Of a DNA stretch of 64,000 bases, positions 47,808 to 61,194 are shown in pieces. The first letter of the stretch is position 1. Each line of letters begins with the position of its first letter. Location: the NCBI RefSeq assembly GCF_963506605.1, contig NC_083277.1:33542001-33606000 (forward strand), read 5' to 3'. Under the pieces are notes generated by a model. That model was not told the DNA's origin. It searched no databases and saw only the letters and a list, made by a program, of their open reading frames with translations. Source of the DNA: Zootoca vivipara (Eukaryota). The position numbers were made by a program, and so were the translations under genes.

Positions 47808-48078
47808 TAAAATAGTGTTATGCTACCCTTTTTCTGGCTTAATTTACACTGGGTTGTCAAGTCAGATCATCAAGTTGAATGGGTTTAGGAACTAGCCTAA
47901 ATTGAATGAGTTTAGGATCCAGCCTAAGTCCCTCCTCTCTGGCATCCACTCCCACCACACCTCCAGAATTCCTCCTTTTCAGGCCTTTCTTTTGCTGGAT
48001 TAAGGTCTGTCAGGTTCAGTCAATCCGCTGGATGCTGGCTGAGCTGGGATGCAGAGATATGTGAGTATAACTCTAGAT

Positions 48079-48214
48079 CAGGCATCCCCAAACTTCGGCC
48101 CTCCAGATGTTTTGGACCACAATTCCCATCTTCCCTGACCACTGGTCCTGTCAGCTAGGGATCATGGGAGTTGTAGGCCAAAACATCTGGAGGACCACAG
48201 TTTGGGGATGCCTG
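48079..48214. mobile_element. hAT (Charlie-like) palindromic MITE
   Basis: TIR CAGGCATCCCCAAACT / AGTTTGGGGATGCCTG with an exact 8-bp TSD CTCTAGAT. Confidence 0.92.
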
Positions 48215-48532
48215 CTCTAGATGAACTAAGGACGAGCGAATTCAGCTGGCATAGCCCAGATGCACTGGGAGTCTCCTGGCCCAGCCGGATATCTGCTGGA
48301 TCCCAGCCCACTCATCCTGGCTATGATTGCTCCCTAAACAATCAAACCATAAATCAGTTTACAAAAAAAGTGCAGATAATAATAACAACTGCAGAGAAGA
48401 ATTCACTTCACATATAAACATTAGCAACATGCACATCCCCAGGCTCATATACGAGTCTTTACCTGGTGCCTGAAGGATAAAAGTATAGGCAGTGCCTGTG
48501 CCAGACCTACTTCTAGGGGAAAGGCAAACCAT

Positions 48533-48662
48533 AGCAACCTTTTTCAGCTGTGGGCCGGTCCACCGTCCCTCAGACCATGTGGTGAACCGGACTATATTTT
48601 GAAAAAAATATGAACAAATTCCTATGCTCCACAAATAACCCAGAGATGTATTTTAAGTAAAT
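48533..48662 (+). mobile_element. hAT left-end fragment resembling OposCharlie1-type elements
   Basis: GGGCCGGTCCACCGTCCCTCAGACC...CCGGACTATATTTTGAAAAAAATATGAACAAATTCCTATGC. Recognised from memory only. Confidence 0.5.
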
Positions 48663-50505
48663 AAAACAGATCTGAAGCATTAAAGACTTCATATGTGAAT
48701 AAGAAGAGACGTCACTTACCGTACTTACGCCACGTCTAATAGCTCTTGCTTCAATCCCCAGGCTTGCCTGTCAGCGCTGGAACCGCATGCCTATTTATGC
48801 ACATGTTGGAAATACACAATGATTACCTCAAACCAGCAACCTAATGAAATGCAAAGTGGTTTGTATCTCCACTGTGAGACAGTTGCCCTGATTTAGATGA
48901 AAAGCCCAGTGCAGCCAAATACTGCAGGATTTCTTCAACATGACACTGACCCTCACTAAAGTATGTTCCATGAACTTCTTTGTTTGCAGACCCTCCAACT
49001 GAGATTATAGCAAACAATTATTGCCCAGTAGCTCTGGAAATTTCATCATGAAAGTGTCACCTCCTTCGGCTATACAGGATCTTCAAACAACAAAGCAATG
49101 GCAGCGGTATGACTTAACACACAACTGTTGAAAAGAAAAAAAGTTGGGGGGAGCACTCATAATATCAGTGCAGTGAAAACAAGCAGACCTGGGGGGGGGG
49201 GGTTCTTCATCACTACAAAACAGAGGTCTGCTTTCCAAGAAGGTCCCACCAGCCGATGGACAGGTGGCCTTGGATGTTGCTGCTGACTCCGAGCCCAAAA
49301 AGGACAGGGCACTAATACTTCCCATCTGTCATCAGAGAAGTCTGTTCAGGCTTTCTGTTCATGTGAAGGAAGAGGGTGTTCATACCTCTGAATGCACGCA
49401 GGCCCTCTTCTCATATGTGAGGAACATGCACCTTTCAGGCATGCTTGGAATTGGAGGGTGGCCAGTAAGTATGATTGCTTTCACCCTATGGCCTCACACC
49501 TTTGGTAAAGATGTGAGAAGCTGAATTGCCTCCTTTTGTCCTCTCCACATTCAATCAACTAATTTTGTTGGGTGATCCTGAATAACATGTAACCTCAATT
49601 GTGTCCCTTTCCAGAACTGAAAAGGCCCAGCTGAACAGCCCAGATCTGAAAACCCTTAAATAGAGGCGATATTATGATTGTTTTATTTTTCGGAAGAAGC
49701 AGCTCTTGTTTTTAAAGAAGGTAGAAACAGGCGGCTAGATCATTGTAACCATTAATCTAATGCCGCCATACAAGGCAGTCAGGTTTTGTTAATAGCTTTT
49801 ATACTACACTTAACTTCCAATTTGTTGAGATGTCAGTCTGGGAGGCTTTGTTGGAAACCAATGAGTTGAGATTACTCCAGCAATTACCAACAATAATGGA
49901 TTACTGCATTTGACAAACCTGTAAATATATAAAAAAAAATCTCACACACATACCCCTGTCCATTAGAGAAATAATCTGGAGGAGGGAGTGCACTAGACAC
50001 ATCGTATCTGAGAAGTCACTATTAATATATATGAGAGATTTATGCAGCATCCTTTCTGCAGTGGCTTCTGGGTAAACCTTTAACAAAGGAAATTGATAGG
50101 TTAAGCAATTGCTCTGCAAACTCCTTTTAAAAATATTTAAAATGTCCACTGAAGGTAGATGCAGCAGAGCCAGATCATTTCAAAAGACTAAATTAAATGA
50201 CCCTTATTCTATACACTACTAGTGATAATCAGACGCTCAATGGGTTGAATGTCTGCCTCTCCTGACAGGAGTGTTGTGCTGAAAACCTATCCTGCATTTT
50301 TTTTGCCATTCTCCATCAATTAATGAGACAAGAACCTGCCAAAGGGAAAAGAAAATTTCAGTGAAATTCTTATGAATGGAGTACAAAGGTTTTTTCTTGA
50401 GCTTTTCATAATTCTGGGGGCTTTTAGTTGGGCCTTCCTGTCAGGGTCTGGAAACCATGCCTTATGAGCGCTTGAAGGAGTTGGGTACATGAAATATACG
50501 GTACT

Positions 50506-50879
50506 TGGAGTCATGTTTAACCTGGAAAAGAGGAGATCAGATTGCTATCTTCAGATATATCAAGGGCTGTCACATGGAAGAGGGTACAATCTTGTTTTCT
50601 CCTGCTCTAGAGCGTAGGAGTTGAACCAATGGCTTCAAGTTACAAGAAAGGAGATTCTGACTAAAATGCAGAAAAAACTTGCTGTCAGTAAGAGCTGTTT
50701 GACAGTGGAATAGTCTCTCTTGGGAGCTAGTGGGCTCTCCTTCATTGGAGGCTTTTAAGCAGAGGTTGGATGGCCATCTGTCATGAATGCTTTAGCTGAG
50801 ATCCTTGCATTGCAGGGGGTTGGACTAGATGACCATTGGGTCCCTTCCAGCTCTATGATTCTATGATTCTATAATTCTG
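50506..50879 (+). mobile_element. CR1 LINE 3' fragment
   Basis: Homologous to 9081-9478, with an (ATTCTATG)n tail. Confidence 0.9.
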
Positions 50880-53207
50880 TGCTGACTGGGGAACCTGATT
50901 GCTGTGCACTGCTATTGTTAAAGTGAAGTTAAAGAGTTCAGCCCAGAAACATTTTTATAAGCTAAAAGTAATGAAGCTGGCCCATTACCAAGAGGATATC
51001 TGCCTGTGCAACAGGACTTCCTCTCCCCACATGCCCCCCCCCCAATCTCATTGGTGATCACCAGAGCAGATTTAGGGCAATGTGCAGGGTACACAGGAAG
51101 AGCAGGGGGGAAGCCTGTTCTGTGGCACCCGCTAATGTGCATTGCATCAGTATTTGTCCAGTTTGCCTGAGTTTCATGGGGCAAGCAAGTGAGTGGATTA
51201 TTGACTGGGTTATGGGAGTGGTTGCAGAGTGTGGGCAATGTGATTAGAGTGTGTGCTAGAAGAGTGAAATTTGAGCACATTTGGTTAATAGTCTTTACTT
51301 GTTTTATTGTTGTGGAGGTGTTGATTATGTAAGGGTGCATTTGAGTGGAACTCAGTGAAATGTATTTTTTGCTGTAGCTTCATTTATTGTTCTATAAGAG
51401 GCTGAAAATTTAACTGGATTGGTTTGTTTAATTGTATGATTGATTGGGCATATGGTGGGTTGAAAAGAATGAGCTTATTTTTCTGTTGCTTAGTTGGTGT
51501 TTTTGAAAGTGGAATCAGTATTATGTTTTTTGGTAACTGGTTTTCATCTGTAATGTTTTGTGCTGATGTTTAGTTGGCTCTGTTTAGTTTAGCTGCCTAT
51601 CATAGCGTTCTATAATGTGGGGATGTTTTGGTATTTGATTTTTATTTGTGATGTTTTAAATGTAAGTGGCATATAAATTGTCTCAGTAAATACCAAGGAG
51701 GACTGCCCTTAAATTAGAGGCATCTGCAATAGAGCCACATGCAGCAGTATAAAATGCTTTATGCAAAACGCTCTGGTTCAAAGATTTATCTTTCAAAGCA
51801 TCTTTCGGATACACCACTAATCAGAAGCACACTCGGTTAAAAAAAAAAAGTACTGAAGTTCCTAAGTTTTAGAGAGTTATCTAGTTTCAAGATAATTAAT
51901 CCAATGCGTTTTTGTGTGTCTTTGCAAATAGCCTAAAGGAAGACCATTTTTAAAAAGTGTATCTTGTCCAAGAAAATGCTGAGTATCTTTAAACCAGTCA
52001 AGTAAAATGTTGTTCAGCAAGAAAAAGCAAACTTTAATGGTCACTTGTCACATTTAAATGACAAAAATTGGGGTGCTCACTACATTTGTCAGGCTGACTG
52101 CCCATCCAATCTCCTATTATTTCTGGTTTTAGCAAGTTGTTATAACATTACACCTTGCCTCCCCTCCCCAATAATAATAATCCAAACCCATTGTATGTAG
52201 CCAACGGTCATTTTCCCATCTTTTCCATGCTATGGAAATGTTATGTATTCATCCAAGCAAACATCGAGTTGGCTGATTTCTTTTGTAAAATGGACTTTTA
52301 AAGAAGATTTGCATTTTGCATCTACAATAATAATAAAAAAGCTACATCTGTTTTCTGTACTTTGAAACTGTTTCCTCTGCTTACTCAGACCTGCTGGAAA
52401 TGTGCTCACTAGTTCTATAAGGCAGGGATGATTGAAACTGTGGTCCTCCAGAAAAGGGCTGTCCGTCCCATTTCACCACCTGAGGTGAAATGGAAATGTT
52501 CCACTCCCTGTACCCGCCTCTCCCACACTCCCACTTTCACTGCATGCCAGAACACCCCTCTTGGAGCATTGATTCTCGTCTTCTCTGTCCCAAGCGCAGA
52601 TAAGATAAGCGGCCAAGCGGCACAGCAGAACACTCCTGGTGAGGTGGGCATTCCACCAGCAGTAGGAGTCATGGGCTCTGCCTCCAGAGGTTTTTGGACA
52701 CCAACTTCCATCAGGACCAAAGCTCGGGGAAGATAGGAGCTGATGTTCTTACAGTCTATCAACATAGCCAAGGCACTCTTTCAAATAAACTATTTGGGAT
52801 GTTGTTGAGGTAAAATAAAAGTTTTCAAGAGCTAAAATGAAATAAATCAAATGAACCTAAACCCAATAAATATATTGAAATTTATCCACTCTTGAATATT
52901 CATTTGTTTTGATGAGTATCTCTGAAATCATATTCACACCCTTGAGGAACCTCAACAAAATTTAGCTAATTTGTAATTTGTAATATGCATAATTAGCAAT
53001 CTGCATTTTCTAACTTGCAAGAGTTGATGTATGGTTTTGCTATTGATAATTTAGTATTTCCCACTTCACGTTTCTGAAACACATTAAGTATATTCTGTTT
53101 GAGGCCTGGCCAAAAGAACAAAAGCCCACCCTGACTATGCTTAGTTGTATCTACATTGTGACCTGGCTTCGGCCATTTTGGCACCACTGAGTCATAAATT
53201 GCACAAA

Positions 53208-53238
53208 CACACACACACGCACACACACACACACACAC
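53208..53238. repeat. (CA)n microsatellite
   Basis: Direct observation. Confidence 0.9.
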
Positions 53239-53864
53239 AAGAGAGTCTGCAATGTGCAGTGCTTTTGTGTCCTTCTTTACACTAATTGTCTTCCTCACAT
53301 TACCTTATAATTCCTAACCAAAATAACATGACCTATTTGCTACCAGAGAAAAGGTTGCCCCCTACAGATATATTTTAGAGGGGGTAATTCAGAATATGGA
53401 AAGGAGTTATTAGGACAGGGGGGAAGAGACATTCTATTAATTGTAGATGTACTGCAGGGCCGGCCCACCCATGAGGTGAGGCGAGGCATTTGCTTCAGGT
53501 GACAGATCGACCTCCTCTGTCACTGCCCTCTGCTGTGCTCCTTACTCCGTGTATACCTCCCATCAGGCTATATGAAGGACCATATTTTCCACATGAAGCT
53601 GTCCAGGCTCTACGGTAGGATCTTTGGCGGTGGCCTTTCTCTCAGCTCCTGCACCATCACAGCCAAGGATGGTTCCCAGGCTTTCAAAATCCCTTCCTAG
53701 AGCGCCTTAACTGGCTCCCTCCTTGTTTTCCCTCTGCTGGCAGCAGCTAAATGCCTTTTTATTCTGACAGGCTTTTGGGGGAACTGACTGCTTTTAAGGA
53801 GTGGGCTCTTAACAGTGTGCTGTTTGTATATAAATCGGGTCCTCCCTCACAAGAGGGCACGTGC

Positions 53865-54620
53865 TGTGGTGGGACCTGGCAACCAGACCCTGTGTTGTGG
53901 GTGGGAACATTGGAGCGGCCACAACACCCTATTGGTGGTCCCTCGATCTTGGGTGCAATTGGGCCTGAGGGACGTCAGTCAAAGCGATCGAGGGACCACT
54001 ATTTAACCAGATGCACGTGTCCCTGAGCTTCCTCTTTCGGGCTCTGTGCATCGGAACGCCCGCCCACCTCTCCCTATATTTAGGGCTTTTGCTTGACCTT
54101 GCTATGCCGTCGTGTGTCGCCTGTCGTTGGGACAGGGGCACGACAAGAAGTTCCCCCACCTGGCTGATTGGCTGGTGCCACTGGGGTTTCGCCTGTCGTG
54201 TAGCAAATCATCACAACTTGTAAGGTTGTGGATAGGCTCTGGTTCAGGTGGACAGGGGTGGCAGGATGCCTAGCCATCCCTATGCGTTGGGTATTCCTTT
54301 AAGAAGGAATCCACGGACTCATGGTTGGTTTTCCCTGTGAGGGGTTGTGCCCTGTGCCTGAGTCCAGGGTTCATCTGGGTGGAGGCCTAGCAGGGCTCCT
54401 GCTTGCCACTGTCCCAGCTGTTCACCCAAGGCTGACTTATGGTTGGTGCCCAGAGTCAGCACAGCCTGCAGGGCTGCAGGTAGCTAGTCGAATCAGAGTC
54501 TATGCAACCACTCACTTGATTGTAATCAATAAAGTTGTGGCCGAAATTCTGCCAAAAACCAAACCAAAAATTTGAGTCTTGTCTGAATTTATTTCTGGGG
54601 GTGGTTAAAATGTCTCCACA
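53865..54620 (+). mobile_element. Solo LTR (AATAAAGTTGTGGCC family)
   Basis: TGTGG...CCACA termini. ATTGG, CRE-like GACGTCA, TATTTAA and AATAAAGTTGTGGCC occur in order. CpG-rich; no clean TSD. Confidence 0.7.
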
Positions 54621-56239
54621 TGCAACTACTACATCTGTGTTTTAATACATATTTTAAATTTTTTTTTCCACTGATAATTTAATTATTTTTTAACAATAAC
54701 CTTTACATATTTAGCTATGTGTGTTTTTATCTGCATTTGCTTTAATTTTTTTGAGCCTCCCTGAGTCCTGGTTCTTGACTCTGAATATAGTAATGAAAAA
54801 AATGTCAAAGAAATCATTGCCATTTCACTTATAGGTCTAGATCTGAGCAGGCCTTTTGCATCTGGCCAGGGAATGACATAAATGAAATTGTCCTTTGCAA
54901 GCTTCCTTGGACCTGTCCTTCCCCTCCCTACATCCCCACCCAGTCTATCTTGCAAGAGACTCCAAGGTATATGACATTAGAAAGCTGGTGCAAAAGAGCA
55001 ACTATTAGATTAGTGCACGTTTAATACTTATGTAATAAATGTCTTTTAATACTAAATTGGAAGGTCAAAATCTTTGGTGGACGAAATGAAATAATCTTAA
55101 TGAGAAGTCAAATTGTATTTTATACTTCACTGATAACTGCCAGACAGATCAGCCGCCACCGGCAATTACTGATTGCTTTTTGTTCGTGGATGTTTTTTCT
55201 TAAAAGGAAGAAAATTAGTGATGAAGGGACTGATTTTTTAAAATTATAACATTTATGTGGCAATAAAAAAAACTGGCACAAATGCTGTCCAAGTGAGACT
55301 ACACTTTGTATCCTGTTTAAAAGATAAATGAAGGAAGGTTGTAAGTGGTTGGGTTCCACATGTTTTTAAACTATGGAATCAAACAGAATCTGAATGAAAA
55401 ACTGAAATAAATCTTTCATTTTTACTGAACTGAACTGGAAGAGAACTTAACAGCTAATTGACAGTCTCTACTGAACTTGATACAGAATAGACCAGCAAAG
55501 GAAAAACGAGTTTGTTGGTTCCAAATAAGGGTTTGACCAAAAAACACCTGATTTGCTCCCCCAAATCAGAATGTGCGAATGAAATAAAACCAACATGTGG
55601 GTGCTTTCCCACTGTCTCAGGAGACGGACAGAATACCAATATCCAAGTTGCAGTCTGGTAATGACAGCAGTAGCCAATGTAGTACCTTCTAGATATTGTT
55701 AAACTACAGTTCCTGTCGACCCCATCATGGTTGGGAACAATGGGAGTTGTAGTCCAACAATATCTGGAAGGTACCAATGTTAGCTACCTCTGCTAATGAT
55801 AAACCTTTTTGCTGATGCTTGTCCTGAGCCACATGGAGATATCTTGGAGGAGCTAGCAGGCCAGAATGGGCACAATGGGTCTTGCAGGTGGTCCTGGATT
55901 GTTCAGGGTGTCAACCCTGGGGACAAGGGGTTGTCCAGCCCACAGACACTTCTCAGCATCCTCATGGGGTGTGTCAGCCATTGGATCAACATCTTAGTTC
56001 ATCTGGCCATGCATTACATCTGATGCACTTTTAACCCTCCCTTTGTCTACATTCCGTAATGATCTGAGCATTACAGTTTGGGCTCAAAACCGCAATCCAG
56101 GTTCCAGTTGCTCATCCACCACAAGGTTAAGGGTGTCTAGCTCATCCTAAAATAAGTTTCCTATACTTCTTTGCCTAAGGATCAGCATAAAAGCAAATAA
56201 AAGGAGAGAGGACCTAACAGACAAGATGTTAAGCTGTAT

Positions 56240-56416
56240 GGGGCTGGGGCTGTAGCTCAATGGAAGAGCACAGAAAATTCAAGGTTCAGTCTCTGGCTTC
56301 CCCACAAAGGACTGGGAAAGAACCCTGTCTGGATTTCTCGAAAACAGCGTTCACGCAGTGAGGGCAATATGTTAGATGGATCAATATTCTGACTCGGAAT
56401 GAGGCAGAGTCCTGTG
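56240..56416 (+). mobile_element. Degenerate Squam3-like tRNA SINE
   Basis: GGGGCTGTAGCTCAATGGAAGAGCAC...AGGTTCAGTC head and TAGATGGATCAAT..TCTGACTCGG tail. Confidence 0.6.
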
Positions 56417-57829
56417 CTGCTTACAATGTCAGTGGCAGTAGAAAGAAAGGAATCCACAATAACTAGGAGCAATGTAGCTATGAGCAATGGCAGCACAGCA
56501 AAACGAGGAACAAACGGCTACATGCTTATCAAGTTGTACTTTTTATTTTTATATGACATTTTTTGAAGTGCTCTAAAAGAAAAATTTAAAAATGGAAGGG
56601 CAGAAAGCCCATTACGATTGGGCAAAATGTGCATCCCACTCAGAAATGTGTTCACAGGGACCTAGTATACAAAAGGGATCAAGAGATGCTTAGAACAAGG
56701 TGAAAAATGGATGAAGAAAAATCATATGGAATTGACAGCCTATAAAGCATGAGTTTCCCAGTGCTTCATCTTCCCAAATACAAAGCAGCTTCACTGAAAG
56801 GAAGGATGCCACTGAGGTTACAGTGTAGGCAAGCACTTTGGAAGAAATGGCACCTTTGAATGCCATAGTGGAAAATAACCACTGAGCATTGCTGCACAAC
56901 TTTCGCTTGTTTAAATAGGTGTCCCAAGGTGTTTCAACCACTTGTTTCAAGGTGTGCAGCCTTGAAATGAATGGAGCCTGCCTGACAGTGATTCTTGTTG
57001 TGCATCATTCCATTCCCAGCAGTCACTAGATTCTTATCGTCCCCCCTGTAACATTGTTGAGCTGATATTTCCAGTAGCATCTGTGTGTTAAGGCACTTGG
57101 AATTATAGGATCAAGGCCAACTTTTTAGGCTAATAGGTACATAAAAATGCATTAAATTGGAACAGAAAATATATGTCCCACCTTGTACAGGAAGCAGTAA
57201 AAAAAATTGTGCTGAACTGAAGTACTCCCAAGTCCTTTATAATTGTCTTGCTTTTAAACAAGCCTTACCTATTGATTTGCTAACAGACTTGTTCTTTGCT
57301 AAACTGGAGGGATCCTTTCTTTTTACTGAGTAAATTCATTGTTGTTGTTGTTGTTCACTTGCAGTTGTGGAGGATGAAATAGTAATAAATAGAGTATTTA
57401 TTCATTTCCTGTGTGTGGAATATCGTGTTCACTAAAAACAAAACAGTTTGTGGCAAAGGACCCAGCCCAGTCTGTGCCTGAGTGTAGCAAAGCATATCTG
57501 TAACCCCATTAAAGCACAGCTTTATGTAGGCAAATGTAGGGGTGCTTATTTAGATAAATTATATGCATTGAGGAGAGTATGTTGGAAAAGAAAAAAGAGA
57601 TGCCATCAATTTTAATTATCATTTTTGTACAATGCCACAATGGTTTTCTGTGAGTTGGAAATTTATAAATATTCTTATAAATAAATAAAAATGACAAAAG
57701 AAAAACCCTGCTAGCTCAAACTAGAAGCCCATCTAATCCAGCATGCTGCACTGCATAGTGGCAACTTCTGCAATGAGGACACAAAAGCAATAACCTCCTG
57801 CAGTAGCCTAGTGTCTCTGACTCTGACAC

Positions 57830-58261
57830 ATTGATACTGCAATGCACTCTACATAGGGCTACCTTTGAAGGTGACTCAGAAACTACAGGTAATACAGAAA
57901 GGGGCTGCCAAATTGGTGACTGGAGTGGCTGATGGGACCATATAACACTAATCCTAAAGGATCTACATTGGCTCCCAGTACGTTTCCTAGCACAATTCAA
58001 AGTGTTGGTGCTGACCTTTAAAGCCCTAAATGGCTTCGGCCCTGTATACCTGAAATAGTGTCTCCACTCCCATCATTCAGCCTGGACAGAAAGTGAAATT
58101 ATAGGGAACCAGGCAGAGGGCCTTCTTGGTAGTGGCTCTTGCCCTGAGGAATGCCTCCCAGGCAGCCCTGTATAGGCAAGTTTTAAATGTTTCATGTTTG
58201 TCTTACTGTGTTTTTATACTCCTTAAAAGCCACCCAGAGTGGCTGCAGCAACCCAGTCAGA

Positions 58262-58311
<50 letters not shown>
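57830..58311 (+). mobile_element. L2 3' fragment with internal deletions and (GAT)n tail
   Basis: Encodes CNALYIGLPLKVTQKLQ...LHWLPV...FKVLVLTFKAL and has the terminal stem-loop of the 20457 family. Confidence 0.85.
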
Positions 58312-60821
58312 AAGTCCTGTTCTACATGAATTTCCCTCTTTAAAGCCCTCTAAGTTTTAAACATTATGTGCCCATGAATTTCATAAACTAATTGTTTTGT
58401 ATGAGGAATTGCTTTCTTTTGTCTGCCCTGAATCTCCTTCCAACCATGACTCTGAGTCCTAATAGTAGACAAGATGAAGATAAATGTCTCTTTCTCCACA
58501 CCAGGCAAAATTTTATTCAATTAACCTTGGGGCTGAAGATGTTGCTATAAGTGATTTTCATGTTCACCCACAGCTCCAAAATGCCAGGAAATCACAGCTG
58601 TTAATAAACATGCCCTCAATGGATGTTATTTGGGCAATCTTCATATAGCTTGTGGTTAGGTTTGGCTTCAGTGGACTTTGAAGCTGAATAGCTGTTAGTG
58701 GAAGAGTGATGACCCTAAGTCCCAGAGTTGACTGTTCGCTAGAATAAGCACATGGGATCTATGCAAATGAAGCTACTATTCTACGTTACAAGTCCTCAAC
58801 ATCTAACTACGTTTCGAGAGCTGCCTAACTCTGCCTAATGGTAGAGCCACTGCTACCTGAAATGTTTCCAGTTTTAAAAAGTAGAGGGGCTGGTAACCTG
58901 GTTTGTATTGGATTCTCCTTGATGGCTACATAGGTGCCTTGGGAGTCGTGAAAGAGGCTAATAAAGAAATGGTCAGAACATGCAGGTTTTCAGCCCTGCT
59001 TGATATCGAAACACATTTTATACCACCTTTTATGAGAGAACCTGCCTTGGTTACACACTCTCTGGCTTATTTTGCAGAAGCCAAGAAACTTGGCTGAATC
59101 TCAGACCCTTAGATTTGTATTTATTTTCGCAGCATCCAAGTGACTCTTAACCACATAGTGGTGACAATTATGAAGAAATAGTCCTAGCTAGCATGATTTG
59201 CTGATGGAGTTTTGCTTCCTGGGCATTAAAAACTAGAAAATGTTGCCTAAATATTTTGCTGGTACAAGAACTTTGGAAGGTAGAGATTCCATATAGGAAG
59301 CACAAGTATGTTTGCATGGGCAAACTCTAAAGCAACAGTTTTCCCATGCAAAAGCTTCCAGGACGTAGGGTGGGCAAGGCTTTCTGGGGCCAGAATCTAC
59401 TGTGTCTATTTTAGGAAGTCATTTGGAATATATGCACAACTGGATAATTGGAAACCTCCGGAAACAGCTATAAAACCCACAGACCATGAAGGACACCATC
59501 CATGAACCCACAGATTGGCATCACTTATTTCCCATCACCTGATTACTCAGTGCTTGTTGACTCAGCAAATGGATGAACTGTCTGCATGGGAAAGTCTTAT
59601 GCTTGAGTTGACCTAAGGTGATACAAAAGCCGACTTGTGATGGTTCAGTCATACATATAAGCTACGACTTCGTGCTGCACTGCAGGCAACATAAATTTGC
59701 ATGTGTGAAGCAGCTCTCAGAAGACAGAGCTCCACACAGATATAGAAATGTAGGCTAAACTGGGTGTTTTTAGATGCTGCATATTATAGATCAAAATATG
59801 GACAGCACTTCAGAAAACACTATTGATTTTTCAAGCATAAAGTCGAGCTAATGTACTAGTAATGGGGCAACAGGGGCGTTCAGTGATTTGCAAGGATCTA
59901 CTCTACTCTACCTTTTAAATAAAAAGTGCAATGTCAACATTCTTTACATAATAATCACTGAGGGGACCCATGAGAACTGAAACACACAGCCACCCAAATG
60001 ACCCACCATTGGGAAATATGTCAGAGCTGTGTTCTGAAACATCTATGAAAGTCAGCAGCTGTGCACCAGTCTTTTCTGTACATTTAGATAGCCTTCATTG
60101 ATAATTGATCTGGGGGTACAGGAAAGAGAAGATTTTTTTTTAATTGTGGTAATGTGGTAATAAGTAATAAAGTTTGGATCTTCTAGATGCCAGGTCTTGT
60201 ATGTTCAAGGACTACATCTCAGCTCTGCTATGTTGCAAATGGCCAATAATGATGTCACAGACTCCATTCTGCTTCAGAAAGAGGCTTCATCGTGACTTGT
60301 AGGGAGGGAAACCATAGCTGGCATTGGGACTACATACAATGTTTAGTTCCTTGTTAAAGAATAAATGGAGATCAGGAACTGGAACAAAACTCCTTAGCCC
60401 ATTATCACTCCCCAGAGTGTACTTCCTTCCTGATCATCAAACCCATGTAAACATCAAAGGCGCCTGACTCAGCTGAGTACTTGGAAGATCAGGTCGATAA
60501 GAATATGAGAGTTGTGTTTAAATGGGCATAACATGACAGAAGAGGAGAGTCTGACTGGAAAACTTTTCCTGTACTTCAAGTATAGCCACCAGATAACTGA
60601 TCTTAAAAAGTGCACTATGGAGAAAGAGAAGAAGAGTAACTAAAGAAGACAAAGAAGATAACAGTATATGCCCAGGTCTCGTTACTACATGAGTAATATT
60701 TTGTAGATCCCCAGGTCAAACAAAGATGGAAGCAAAACCATTTGACAAATGCTGTGTAATCAGTATCTCCAATGGTTGAGGGGGTAAACCTAACATTATG
60801 CTATCCGTACACTTTCCACTA

Positions 60822-61169
60822 GGGACCCAGGTGGCACTGTGGTTAAACCACTGAGCCTAGGGCTTGCTGATCAGAAGGTTGGTGGTTCGAATCCCTGTTA
60901 CGGGGTGAGCTCCCGTTGCTTGGTCCCAGCTCCTGCCAACCTAGCAGTTCGAAAGCACGTCAAAATGCAAGTAGATAAATAGGAACCGCTACAGCGGGAA
61001 GGTAAACGGCGTTTCCATGTGCTGCTCTGGTTTGCCAGAAGCGGCTTTGTCATGCTGGCCACATGACCTGGAAGCTATACGCCGGCTCCCTCGGCCAATA
61101 ATGCGAGATGAGCGCGCAACCCCAGAGTCGGTCACGACTGAACCTAATGGTCAGGGGTCCCTTTACCTT
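60822..61169 (+). mobile_element. Full-length Sauria SINE
   Basis: Exact 14-bp TSD TACACTTTCCACTA (60808-60821, 61170-61183), GGTTCGAATCC B box and ACCTTT tail. Confidence 0.94.
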
Positions 61170-61194
61170 TACACTTTCCACTAACATTCTGAAC

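Noticed and set aside
56240-56300. tRNA-like sequences here and at the SINE heads
   Set aside because: No complete cloverleaf; each runs into a SINE body.
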